DNA of 64,000 nucleotides from positions 1 through 64,000 of the IMG/VR virus record IMGVR_UViG_3300037189_014399; one strand, 5' to 3'. Shown here in pieces: positions 7,039-16,075 of this stretch (position 1 is the first letter of the stretch; the number at the start of each line of letters is the position of its first letter). The translations under genes were made by a program, and so were the position numbers. The notes under the pieces were generated by a model, which saw only the letters and a list, made by a program, of their open reading frames with translations, was not told where the DNA came from and ran no database searches. The DNA is from a virus.

Positions 7039-8997
7039 ATGGCATATAAGGATAAGATCGAATCAGGAAGGGGTAGACGTGGCGACAAAGCTCGCACAGT
7101 ACAAGATCAATTACGTTCTTTACGTCTTGGCGCAATAGCTAGGATGTATCAGGGCGCAGATCGTATCTTGACTGGCGATCCTGTAGTCGTCAACGTTGTA
7201 GATGAGGGTCCGGCCCCAGCGTGGTCGGACGGCGCATCTATCACTCTCAATGCTGCGATGATCAATGATATGGATCTTGAGACTATTGCTCAAATCAACG
7301 GTCTCAATTACCATGAGTTGTCTCATCACCTCTACACTCCACGCAAGGGTACCCCACTAGTTCAGTGGGTCATTGAAGAGAATCTATTCCAAGCATTCAA
7401 TTGCTTGGAGGATCAACGCATTGACTCTCTACTATGTGCACGGTATCCAAGCATCATGCCGTTCTTGACTGCTACGGTTCTTCGCTATCTAGCGGAGACA
7501 CCAAAGGAGGCAACATCAGCATATGCAATCGTGCGTGGTCGTAGATATCTACCAGTAGAAATTCGTACAGGCTTTAGAGAAATCTTTCATAAGCCTGAAC
7601 TTATTCCTGACATTGTACGTATCGTTGATGAGTATCGAGTGCTTGCATTCCCTCGGGATTACAAGCGTGCTCAAGAACTAATCAAAGAGTTCAATGACAA
7701 GGTATTGGATAAGATGGATCAACCAACATCTGGGGGTGTTTCCCAGTGTGGTCATCGTGTTCCAATAGCTAAAGGTAGACCAGATCCTGGTCGTCAACAG
7801 GAAAAGGATGCTGCACGTGCCAAAGGTCAAGGTGCTAAAGAACCTGACCTAACCGATGAAGAACTCAAAGCCATGATTGAATACATGGATAAAGAGAACG
7901 TCATGGATGATGGCGATGGCAATGTCCCAACACAAACACCAGCCGAGGACAGCACAGACTCACAAAATGAGACTGATACTAACCTCACTGGTGCTGAGCA
8001 AGTAGAACAACGTCAACGCAATGTGGCTAACTCGACCCCCAAGGTTGGTAAAGGCCATGTTGCTAGTGATGGTGGCTTGCCTGACGACTTGGAAATCACT
8101 ATCCAAAATGCTCTTAATGACATCTATGGTCGTAAAGACGTACAGATGGACGTTAAGCGCAAGCAACGCATCATTGTCAATGGTGGCAAAGACGATGACT
8201 ATGAAGAGACTGGTGTTCGTGGTAAGTTTGACGAAGCAACAGTTCCTCAATCAGAAATCATCGTATATCGTAAGTTCGCTAAGGAACTTCAACGCCTACG
8301 TGATGATGCTGAACCAATGTGGGAAAAGGAGATGCCTTCGGGTCGTCTCAATGTCCAACGTGTAATAAGAGGCTGCGAGATTGATGAGGCCTTTGATCGC
8401 TGGACAGAGCAAGATGACAGCTGCAATATTGAGGCTGTTATCTGCATTGACCGCTCTGGTTCAATGTGTTCAAACCGCAATGACGAGCGTGCTTCGCTCG
8501 CCAGCTGGGTTATCAAGCGTGCATTAGAAAGCATCGGCGCTCCGGTGACTGTGTATGCGTTTGATGACAAGACCGAAGTTGCGTACGCTCGCAATGAATC
8601 TGCACACAATACCAAGTTCAAGTTTATCTTTGGTAGTGGTGGTACAGATCCATACGAGTCGTTAGTTATGGCAGAAAAAGTCTTACTAGCTTCTCAGCGT
8701 ACAAACAAGATGCTATTCGTTATTACTGACGGTGTGTTCAACACTGAAAAGAATGACGAGTTGATCAAGCGTATTGGTCAGCGTGGCATCTTGACATGCA
8801 TGGTACTTATCATGCGTACTCAGGAGTACAACAACTCCTTAGAATATAATAAGCAATCGATTGAAAGAAATGGCAGACCACACTGGGAATTCCGTCATGA
8901 AGCAGAGATTTTTGGCCAAGTAGATAGCGGCCGTGATCTCCTTAATCTGGCAAAGACCGTCGTGCTCGGTGCTATTAAAAAGAGATCGAGGAGATAG
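7039..8997 (+). CDS. vWA-domain protein with N-terminal HExxH metallopeptidase-like domain (CobT-like MoxR partner)
   Basis: HELSH and LEDQRID in N-terminus; acidic linker; MIDAS DRSGS...GGT...ITDG. Confidence 0.9.
   Translation: MAYKDKIESGRGRRGDKARTVQDQLRSLRLGAIARMYQGADRILTGDPVVVNVVDEGPAPAWSDGASITLNAAMINDMDLETIAQINGLNYHELSHHLYTPRKGTPLVQWVIEENLFQAFNCLEDQRIDSLLCARYPSIMPFLTATVLRYLAETPKEATSAYAIVRGRRYLPVEIRTGFREIFHKPELIPDIVRIVDEYRVLAFPRDYKRAQELIKEFNDKVLDKMDQPTSGGVSQCGHRVPIAKGRPDPGRQQEKDAARAKGQGAKEPDLTDEELKAMIEYMDKENVMDDGDGNVPTQTPAEDSTDSQNETDTNLTGAEQVEQRQRNVANSTPKVGKGHVASDGGLPDDLEITIQNALNDIYGRKDVQMDVKRKQRIIVNGGKDDDYEETGVRGKFDEATVPQSEIIVYRKFAKELQRLRDDAEPMWEKEMPSGRLNVQRVIRGCEIDEAFDRWTEQDDSCNIEAVICIDRSGSMCSNRNDERASLASWVIKRALESIGAPVTVYAFDDKTEVAYARNESAHNTKFKFIFGSGGTDPYESLVMAEKVLLASQRTNKMLFVITDGVFNTEKNDELIKRIGQRGILTCMVLIMRTQEYNNSLEYNKQSIERNGRPHWEFRHEAEIFGQVDSGRDLLNLAKTVVLGAIKKRSRR
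7927..7938 (+). repeat. CCRACACAAACA motif copy 4 (intragenic)
   Basis: CCAACACAAACA. Confidence 0.65.
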
Positions 8998-8998
8998 T

Positions 8999-9709
8999 AT
9001 GACTAACTGGCTACATCCAGCCAGGGTTCATACGTATGAAGAAGCAGTTGATTATCTGAGCAGGGGTCGCAATAAAGATATGCGACCCCTGTATCATATG
9101 GGGCTGTTCATCAAACGTCTAGAACCTGGCAATGAAAGTTCAAATATAGCCATCGGTTATTTTAATACCTACAACAGAACACCTGAACGATATAGAGCCA
9201 TGACTATGGTTATCTTTCGTGAAGATGGTTTAGTTGAGTTACCAGGTTGGAATACCTGGTCTGGTGCTAGACGAGCGATGGTTTCATACTCCAACCTTAT
9301 GGGTATGAGATACAGCAGGGGTAACATTAAGTTACGACAGCCTCACGACACAGTAAAGAAGCGTAGTAGAAGACCATGCAAAGTATGTCATGGTATGACT
9401 ACGTGGTTTGAGCGTGAAGACAGCGGTAACTTAAAAGAATCCAAATGCCATCAATGTATAGATGGTTGGAGTGTTAGCAGAGATTCAATTATCTCTGACA
9501 CTTGGCCACAACAGCAGATGAGCATTTACAGCGATTGGAATAAATCCTTAACAGCTGTAACTGTCTACAAGCGTATGCTTGTTAACCCCCAAACTCATAC
9601 AGTTATTGGATTTGTCGATCATCTTGATGACACAGATGAAAACATCCTAGCTGTAGAGCCCGTGATAAAGGTAACAAGAAAGGAGGTAACCGATGATAGT
9701 AATGCTTGA
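8999..9709 (+). CDS. hypothetical protein with CxxC...CxxC zinc finger
   Basis: ATG 8999 with GAGGAG SD; CKVCHG...CHQCIDG. Confidence 0.75.
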   Translation: MTNWLHPARVHTYEEAVDYLSRGRNKDMRPLYHMGLFIKRLEPGNESSNIAIGYFNTYNRTPERYRAMTMVIFREDGLVELPGWNTWSGARRAMVSYSNLMGMRYSRGNIKLRQPHDTVKKRSRRPCKVCHGMTTWFEREDSGNLKESKCHQCIDGWSVSRDSIISDTWPQQQMSIYSDWNKSLTAVTVYKRMLVNPQTHTVIGFVDHLDDTDENILAVEPVIKVTRKEVTDDSNA

Positions 9710-9932
9710 TGTTACTACGAACACACTTGTAGGTCCATTCGAGACGGAAGAAGCTGCCGTTGAGTTTAAGCTCAACGCATCTGAAGAGATCAATGATCCA
9801 GATCAACAGCTGGATTTGTATGAGTTGACATCACCACTACAGTGGATGTTAGATAACTTCACATCCGTATCGTTGGTAGACGAGGCGCCCAACACAAACA
9901 TTGCGCCCGCCTCCACCATAGAATTGGTTTAG
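9693..9932 (+). CDS. hypothetical protein
   Basis: AAGGAGG SD. Confidence 0.7.
   Translation: MIVMLDVTTNTLVGPFETEEAAVEFKLNASEEINDPDQQLDLYELTSPLQWMLDNFTSVSLVDEAPNTNIAPASTIELV
9889..9900 (+). repeat. CCRACACAAACA motif copy 5 (intragenic)
   Basis: CCAACACAAACA. Confidence 0.7.
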
Positions 9933-9969
9933 CGTCCAGCTGAGCCAATAACAAAGGGAGGAGATATAC

Positions 9970-10170
9970 ATGTCAGAACAACCGTTCATGACAATACGAG
10001 TCACAGTTGAAATGAGACTATACAAGGGGCGGTTATTGGAGGATCTTAACAATCCAGAAAATTACCGCATTGCGATATACGATCAGTTCTCTCGGATACT
10101 CAAATTCCATGATACGTTACGAGACGGCGAGTATATAGACCTGTTGTTTGTCGAACAGGTAGATCCCTAA
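9970..10170 (+). CDS. hypothetical protein
   Basis: GGGAGGAG SD. Confidence 0.7.
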   Translation: MSEQPFMTIRVTVEMRLYKGRLLEDLNNPENYRIAIYDQFSRILKFHDTLRDGEYIDLLFVEQVDP

Positions 10171-10173
10171 CGG

Positions 10174-10210
10174 GAAAGGCCCCTAGGTTCACGAGGCCTA
10201 GGGGCCTTTC
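10174..10210 (+). terminator. strong hairpin, probable terminator
   Basis: perfect 14-bp GAAAGGCCCCTAGG/CCTAGGGGCCTTTC just after stop codon. Confidence 0.7.
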
Positions 10211-10253
10211 ACACATTGAAGAGAAGGTGCAACATAATTATACAGGAGGAATT

Positions 10254-10430
10254 ATGGACGAATTGCAAATGTTTCTAGAGAGCCTAGAAGAACGTATGCA
10301 AAACCTAAAGGATGAAATCCTAGGGCTAGATGAAAATGATTCTACGTATCCTTATATTGAGGGATGCATAGAAACAATGCAGTGGGTTCTTGAAGAGCTT
10401 GCTGACATTGAAGTTCCAGCAGCAAACTAA
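10254..10430 (+). CDS. small acidic hypothetical protein
   Basis: ATG 10254 with AGGAGG SD. Confidence 0.7.
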   Translation: MDELQMFLESLEERMQNLKDEILGLDENDSTYPYIEGCIETMQWVLEELADIEVPAAN

Positions 10431-10446
10431 ACAAAGGAGAAGCAGG

Positions 10447-10986
10447 ATGCATACATTACAGTATGTAGCAATCCATGTTGATGAGCTGCCGGAGGGTGAA
10501 AACGGTAAAGAGTATGCTTTAGCTATGGCTAGAGATATGTTAGAAACCGATGACTCTCCAGCACGCTGGTCAGACTGGTGTCAAGTAGGTGGTGGTCGAT
10601 GGCAAGACGTTACCTGCGTATTAAATGGTGCTACTGATGAGGCAGACTTTAAAGCTGCTTTAACAGATGCAAAAAGAGGGCGTGCAAATAACCTTAAAGA
10701 TCTGGCTGATAAGGTTGATATGAAAAACCTTATGCAACTAACTAAGGGTTATATTGCAAAGCTTGAAGGAAAACCATTCCAACCCTGGAATGCAATAGAA
10801 GATCTTGGTATGAATATGGATATCTATCGCATTAACAGGATTACAACCGTATTGACTGGTGATTGGACTAGCGACAGCGGGTTCTATGACCTATCCACAT
10901 ACGACTCTGAGTTTAAATTCGTTGAACAACGTTTAGACGCAGAACCTGAAAAGCAATACCTAGTACCCGTTGACTTTCACTTCTAA
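10447..10986 (+). CDS. hypothetical protein (WSDW...GGGRW; C-terminal VDFHF)
   Basis: ATG 10447 with AAGGAG SD. Confidence 0.75.
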   Translation: MHTLQYVAIHVDELPEGENGKEYALAMARDMLETDDSPARWSDWCQVGGGRWQDVTCVLNGATDEADFKAALTDAKRGRANNLKDLADKVDMKNLMQLTKGYIAKLEGKPFQPWNAIEDLGMNMDIYRINRITTVLTGDWTSDSGFYDLSTYDSEFKFVEQRLDAEPEKQYLVPVDFHF

Positions 10987-10996
10987 GGAGGGTGAG

Positions 10997-11260
10997 ATGG
11001 CTAAAGTAATTTGGAACACATGGGAAGTAACTATCACTAAGAACCTTGAGAAAGGTGGTGCTTGGTTAACTCTGTGCGTATTAAAGGATGAGCTAGGTGA
11101 TACTGAAAAGGCAATCACCAATGCTTGGAGTAATGCATCGGCTGCAAAGCGTGATGTTAAGGCAACCGTTGGCCGTAAGACAATGAAGTTCATTGAGGCC
11201 GGAGAAGATGCCAAAGGCAAGCCAACTTCCTACACCGCCGTGGTGCAGGTTAAAAAATAG
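10997..11260 (+). CDS. hypothetical protein
   Basis: ATG 10997 with AAGGAGG SD. Confidence 0.7.
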   Translation: MAKVIWNTWEVTITKNLEKGGAWLTLCVLKDELGDTEKAITNAWSNASAAKRDVKATVGRKTMKFIEAGEDAKGKPTSYTAVVQVKK

Positions 11261-11269
11261 GAGAAACAA

Positions 11270-11542
11270 ATGGAGAAATGGAAGGCTGTACGTATGCTGG
11301 AGATCCTTTCAAAAGGATTATCAGAAGCAACAGCAGATGATATGCGTTATCTCACTAACAATGTAGAACCATTCAGTGAGTTCCTATATAACGTAGCAAC
11401 ACAAGAGTTCACCAAAGATGGTGTTGATCCTGAGAAGGTTAAATCAATACTTCATCCTCTTGTTGAGATCAGCAAGATGGCTGGTGCTAACTCCTTTGCT
11501 GATTACGTCCATGTAACTAATATAGTAGACGAGGAGGAATAA
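11270..11542 (+). CDS. hypothetical protein
   Basis: AGGAG SD. Confidence 0.7.
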   Translation: MEKWKAVRMLEILSKGLSEATADDMRYLTNNVEPFSEFLYNVATQEFTKDGVDPEKVKSILHPLVEISKMAGANSFADYVHVTNIVDEEE

Positions 11543-11543
11543 C

Positions 11544-11690
11544 ATGGAAGAGTGTGAAAGCTGTGGTGTTGTAAGCACCAAAGTAGCTCTCTACGAATTT
11601 GCCTTAGGCGAAGAGTATGAGGAGCACGGCACCGAGGTTATGTGGTGTCCAGACTGCACTGATGACGATTACGTATTAATAAATGGTTAA
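11544..11690 (+). CDS. acidic zinc-ribbon micro-protein, 48 aa
   Basis: hand translation CESC...CPDC; GAGGAGG SD. Confidence 0.6.
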   Translation: MEECESCGVVSTKVALYEFALGEEYEEHGTEVMWCPDCTDDDYVLING

Positions 11691-12189
11691 TACGTTCTTG
11701 CCATGGCCAGATCGTAAGCAGACTGCTGAGACATTGGATAACAAACGTCTTGGCAAGCAACGAGTCGAGGCATTACAAATACTAAGAGCTAACCTTGGTC
11801 TTACCAAAGGCTGGGTTAATCATCCTGCTGCAGTAATGTGGCGGGGTCACGAAGGATATCTCTATGGGTACACCAATGCTATGTGCATTACCTGGCGTGA
11901 ACGTGGTTATGAAGACAACGTTCAAGCTAGGTTGCAAGAGCTCTACCAAGAGCATGATCTGAAAGGCTGGGATGAACCGTGGTGGTTTAGTAACCCAACG
12001 TTCAACCTAAGTCATCAGTCAAATCTGTTGCGTAAAGATGAGCAGTACTATAGGATGTACTTCCCTCCTGATGTACCGATTGACTTGCCATATCAATGGC
12101 CAATGCCAGACGGCACATTTAGGATAGTACAACGGAAAGAAGCTAACAATGGACTACGAAAGCGTAGAGCTGATCGTGGGCAAACCTAA
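11683..12189 (+). CDS. pyrimidine dimer DNA glycosylase / endonuclease V-like (MSMEG_6728-type)
   Basis: TFLP...LDxKRLGKQRVEALQIL...HPAxxMWRG...SHQSNLLRKD pattern. Confidence 0.85.
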   Translation: MVNTFLPWPDRKQTAETLDNKRLGKQRVEALQILRANLGLTKGWVNHPAAVMWRGHEGYLYGYTNAMCITWRERGYEDNVQARLQELYQEHDLKGWDEPWWFSNPTFNLSHQSNLLRKDEQYYRMYFPPDVPIDLPYQWPMPDGTFRIVQRKEANNGLRKRRADRGQT

Positions 12190-12283
12190 CAGGGTATGCC
12201 AACAATGTGGCGGACGTGGTTTCCTATACTGGGGTAACACTCAGGAATATGATGTAGAGAAATGCGAATGTCAAAAGGATTAG
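12149..12283 (+). CDS. zinc-finger micro-protein, 44 aa
   Basis: hand translation CQQCGGRG...CEC. Confidence 0.55.
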   Translation: MDYESVELIVGKPNRVCQQCGGRGFLYWGNTQEYDVEKCECQKD

Positions 12284-12345
12284 CAAACATTTTACCCCTG
12301 CTTGAGAACTCTTCTCTGGTTCTCAATCAGGGGTAAAATGTTTGT
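12283..12345. terminator. very long hairpin at convergence of transcription units
   Basis: GCAAACATTTTACCCCTG-C-TTGAGAAC / GTTCTCAA-T-CAGGGGTAAAATGTTTGT. Confidence 0.65.
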
Positions 12346-12350
12346 GTCGG
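12339..12350 (-). repeat. CCRACACAAACA motif copy 6 (inverted)
   Basis: TGTTTGTGTCGG on + strand. Confidence 0.75.
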
Positions 12351-12393
12351 GCGGGCGGGCATATGTCTGACCAGTTACCTAGCGCAGACAACC

Positions 12394-12425
12394 AATACTC
12401 TTCTGTATAAGAAGAGTATTTTTTT
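12394..12425 (+). terminator. intrinsic terminator
   Basis: AATACTCTTC/GAAGAGTATT followed by T run. Confidence 0.65.
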
Positions 12426-12430
12426 ATGAA

Positions 12431-12571
12431 TTAAGACTCTTCCCAATCATCGTCTTCATCTTCATCCCAATCTTCATCTTCTTCATCCCAGTCATCGAGG
12501 TCTTCATCATCAAAGTCCTCGTCATCTAGTTCAAAAAGGTCTTCATCAAAGTTATCTTCTTGTGGTGCCAT
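12431..12571 (-). CDS. hyper-acidic micro-protein, 46 aa
   Basis: hand translation MAPQEDNFDEDLFELDDEDFDDEDLDDWDEEDEDWDEDEDDDWEES; starts 3 nt after RNR stop. Confidence 0.7.
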   Translation of the reverse strand: MAPQEDNFDEDLFELDDEDFDDEDLDDWDEEDEDWDEDEDDDWEES

Positions 12572-12574
12572 TTC

Positions 12575-14593
12575 CTATCCTATCTTTATCTCACAGACGT
12601 CAGTTGTACAGTAAGCCTCACCACTACCTTCTATTGCGTTGCCGGCATAGATAGGAGATAGGTCGATCCGCTTAATCTTTCCTACGTAGGAATTGTACTC
12701 GTCTTCCGTAATCTCAGTGTACGGTTGCTGAGGGTAGACGTCATTGCCTTTAGGTAGGAAACTTACGGTCTTGAGACGGCCCTCATACATATGTAGGACA
12801 GTTCCAATATGTTGGGCCTCTGTATCTGTATTGAAAGAAAGCGTTACTGAGACAGAGTTGTCGGCCCAATACTGCTGGGCGAGCGCTGCTAAGTTAGCCT
12901 TCTCAAAGATGGATACCGTCTGCTCTGGTCTTACAGCCACAGACTTTACAGGAAAGTAAACAACAGCTGTGTTGTTTGGATCCGTTACTGAATCTTCTAC
13001 CTTGTACTTGGCTGCCTTAAACAACTTAAGCATAGGATCTGATTTAGCAAACCTAATTGATCGCAGGATATATTGACCACCGATAGGCCAGTGAACTCCT
13101 GGAGTCTCTCCGGCTAGGATTGAGACAGTACCGGATGGCTTGATAGATGTGGTCTTGATTGACTCACGTACGCATAGCCATTCTGAATATACCTTGTCCC
13201 ACTTCTGAACCTCTGAGTAACCAGCGTCAAGCCATTCCCGTAACTTAGGTAGGCCTTTGGTATCAGCGAAGGCTGCCAACCCAGATACTGAACAACCAAT
13301 ACGACGATTACGTTGCATAATTGCATTAGTTTGAGGCCAGTGTGTTGGAATTAAAGTAACAGTCTTGGCGTACAAGTAAGCAAACTTTAGGGTACGTAGG
13401 TAATCCTTCAGGTCTGTATGACGATTAATGTAGGTCTCTACAAGAGTGCAGCATTCATATGATTCTAGTGTCTGCTCAGCACATGGGTTATAGCCGGCAG
13501 CTCTGTAATCCTTGTTGTTTGCTGGATCATTTAAACGTCCGTACTTACGGGATACGTCTAGCCAGATAAATCCTGGTTCACCGTTCAAAGCAATAGCCTC
13601 TGTAAATGGGGAGTAATCCATACCTACAGTTGCTTCCAGGGAATTGTTAGACATCCAACCCCAACCAGGAGACTGTGGGTCGTATGAGTTGCGCTCAGGG
13701 AATACTGAAGAGTTCTTTAGATTAAAGAAGTCCTTATCATCAGGCTGTCCCATAGCCAACTCTGCTGAACGACGTACGTTACCGGAGACTACGCACACAC
13801 CAATAAGATTAGCGATGTCTACAATATCTGTAGTGGTGAGTCTCTCACCTGCTCGTCCCTCGAATATTTTAATGAGCGACTTATGAAGTCTCTCTAGAGG
13901 CTCTGATCCGGCTGCCGTTCCACCGAAGGTTTTAATAGGCGTGCCTGCTGGACGGATCTCTTTGTAATCAAATACTGGAGTCTCCGAATCTCCTCGGAGG
14001 TAAGCATTGATGAGGAGTTGGACTGATTCAACCCAACCTTCTCTACTGTCGGGTACAAGGTAGGGGTAACTTCCTTTTGGTTCATAAATTAAGAATTCCT
14101 TACTTGCTCCCTTAGTATCAAAACCAACACCCACACCTAACATCGATGCTTCCATTAAGAATACGAATGGTGAGGCTGGGTCATTCTTTGACATATCTGC
14201 TGTGCTTACAAAGGCACAGTTCTGCAACGCTGCAGAGTTTCTTTGTTGCATTACAAACGGAGTACCCATCATCCAGAGCCCACGTCCGGGTGGTGTCCAC
14301 TTCAGGTTAAACATTCGATCAAATGCCTCTTGAGCAGAAGCTTGGGCCTGTGCCCCGTTCCATGGGAGACGGTTAGCCTTACAGTGATCTTTTTCAATTG
14401 AGAACATTCCCTCAATTACTCTTCTACAAACATCAACCCAGGTTTCTTTATTCCCGTCATCCTTGATTCGGGAGTAAGTACGCATGAAGGTGATCTCACC
14501 TACGGAGTTGCCACCGGCATCGGTGTATCCCCAAGGTACCTCTTTGGTTTGGTAAGAAGAAACAAAATCTTCTGTTAAACGGAATGAAAACAT
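12575..14593 (-). CDS. nrdJ: class II (adenosylcobalamin-dependent) ribonucleotide reductase
   Basis: PPGRGLW, NCAF, VVSGNVRRSA, NPCAEQ, KPSGTVS, C-terminal CxxxxC. Confidence 0.95.
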   Translation of the reverse strand: MFSFRLTEDFVSSYQTKEVPWGYTDAGGNSVGEITFMRTYSRIKDDGNKETWVDVCRRVIEGMFSIEKDHCKANRLPWNGAQAQASAQEAFDRMFNLKWTPPGRGLWMMGTPFVMQQRNSAALQNCAFVSTADMSKNDPASPFVFLMEASMLGVGVGFDTKGASKEFLIYEPKGSYPYLVPDSREGWVESVQLLINAYLRGDSETPVFDYKEIRPAGTPIKTFGGTAAGSEPLERLHKSLIKIFEGRAGERLTTTDIVDIANLIGVCVVSGNVRRSAELAMGQPDDKDFFNLKNSSVFPERNSYDPQSPGWGWMSNNSLEATVGMDYSPFTEAIALNGEPGFIWLDVSRKYGRLNDPANNKDYRAAGYNPCAEQTLESYECCTLVETYINRHTDLKDYLRTLKFAYLYAKTVTLIPTHWPQTNAIMQRNRRIGCSVSGLAAFADTKGLPKLREWLDAGYSEVQKWDKVYSEWLCVRESIKTTSIKPSGTVSILAGETPGVHWPIGGQYILRSIRFAKSDPMLKLFKAAKYKVEDSVTDPNNTAVVYFPVKSVAVRPEQTVSIFEKANLAALAQQYWADNSVSVTLSFNTDTEAQHIGTVLHMYEGRLKTVSFLPKGNDVYPQQPYTEITEDEYNSYVGKIKRIDLSPIYAGNAIEGSGEAYCTTDVCEIKIG

Positions 14594-14634
14594 ACAGTGC
14601 CCCTTTTCAAATAAAAATCGACTGTTATCAGGTG

Positions 14635-16074
14635 TTAGAGATCTAGACCCTCGGAGATTATCTTACTGGTTTCCTGTTCATTAAGTCCACCATTCGGTAG
14701 CTCTCTGAGGGTGTTAGCCCTGTCACCAAACAGGGCTGACATTACACCACCGCTAGATTGGCGCTCTGCGGTGATACGAATAAACTCTTTATTCTCTTCT
14801 AATTCCTTCATCTTAGCAACAAGTTTGAAGAGGCGATCCATCTCTTTTGATGTGTTAGGATCTGGGTAACCACCGTTTAATTCTTCAGAAAACCTAGCAA
14901 AAGCCACTCTTTGGCCCTGCATTTCAATAACTGCATTAAGTAATCCCTTGAGTTGATCTTTAGTTTTTACCTCAATTGGAATGTCGTATGCACAGTTATT
15001 ACCAGGTTTGAAAGCCGGACAATTGGTTGCAACAAAGCAAGAATTACATTGACGTAATGACGAACTAGAGTTATTTAAAACCGTAACATCCTTGATGGTG
15101 TCATGACCAAGGTCGTCTTTTTCTATAATTCTTTTAGTTGAAACGGAGAAAACTGGGAGAGTTTTGGTCTCTTCATTCCGCATCACAAGGCCCCTATTAT
15201 CAGGTGAAACACCACCAGTTTCCGCATCACCTGGATCATCCATGTACGCACTGTTATCAGATAACTTCTTGTTCTCCATTTTTGTAAGATGCTCCTCAAG
15301 TTTCAAATATGAGTAAATTGCGAGTTTTGTAACTTCGTTAGGATCATCTGCAAGAATGGCTTCGAAGTCTAATCCGGCCTGTTCTATGATTCCCTTGTAA
15401 CGAGGACGAGCCTCATCTTTCTGTTTTGCTTGATAGCGTACCAGCTTTGTACCGTCCCAGACAATCGTCTCTCCTCTCATCATTGGAGAAAGCCAAGCTA
15501 GGCTGCTTGCTGTCCGTACAGGGACGTCTCTAAGATTAGAGGGGTTGGCACAGGCTATGGCATGGAACTCGGTTCCTTTGGCCGTCTGAAGGCTTCTAAC
15601 ACGTGCTGACAGGGTCAGGTCCTGGTCTATAGAACGACCAAGCAAGCCTATGTGCGGGTACCGCTCAGACAGGGACATAAGCTCCGGGTAACCCTTGTGC
15701 CAGACAGGCATAAATCGATCTACCCCAAATGGTTCCCAGAAGTTCTTGCGTTCATCTTCCAGGATCTCTTGGTCATTGAGATCTAATTCTGCTGCCATAA
15801 AAATATTAGAATCATTGAGGGCTACAAAGTCCTCATAATCAGCAAGGTAATCTTCTAATTCAACTGGGGTTAGCTCAGCTTGAGCTTGGGTTCCCCCACC
15901 CGTTACGAACACACGTACGTCAGATGGGTACTTTTCAGACAAAAGGTAATCTTTGGTCACTGGCAGACCACGCTTTACAAGGCGCCAGTAATTTACTCCA
16001 ATATTCTTGACACCGGCTTCAATTAGAATCTTTCTATGGGACGGAACCTCGCCCCCAAGGAATACGAGCTCCAA
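14635..16074 (-). CDS. degenerate TGT/DpdA-like TIM-barrel protein with C-terminal Cys cluster
   Basis: order of ELD, PVWH, IGLLG, FHAIA, ASSLAW...G matches phage TGT-like barrels; CNSCxxxxxC...C. Confidence 0.55.
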   Translation of the reverse strand: MELVFLGGEVPSHRKILIEAGVKNIGVNYWRLVKRGLPVTKDYLLSEKYPSDVRVFVTGGGTQAQAELTPVELEDYLADYEDFVALNDSNIFMAAELDLNDQEILEDERKNFWEPFGVDRFMPVWHKGYPELMSLSERYPHIGLLGRSIDQDLTLSARVRSLQTAKGTEFHAIACANPSNLRDVPVRTASSLAWLSPMMRGETIVWDGTKLVRYQAKQKDEARPRYKGIIEQAGLDFEAILADDPNEVTKLAIYSYLKLEEHLTKMENKKLSDNSAYMDDPGDAETGGVSPDNRGLVMRNEETKTLPVFSVSTKRIIEKDDLGHDTIKDVTVLNNSSSSLRQCNSCFVATNCPAFKPGNNCAYDIPIEVKTKDQLKGLLNAVIEMQGQRVAFARFSEELNGGYPDPNTSKEMDRLFKLVAKMKELEENKEFIRITAERQSSGGVMSALFGDRANTLRELPNGGLNEQETSKIISEGLDL

Positions 16075-16075
16075 A

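Noticed and set aside
5662-8997. cobS/cobT cobalamin biosynthesis genes feeding the B12-dependent RNR
   Set aside because: No CobN or other cob genes in the window; generic MoxR-vWA features suffice
3276-12350. CCRACACAAACA as a promoter element or CRISPR repeat
   Set aside because: Only two copies have a TANNNT at a similar distance; kb-scale spacing and 12-bp length are incompatible with a CRISPR array
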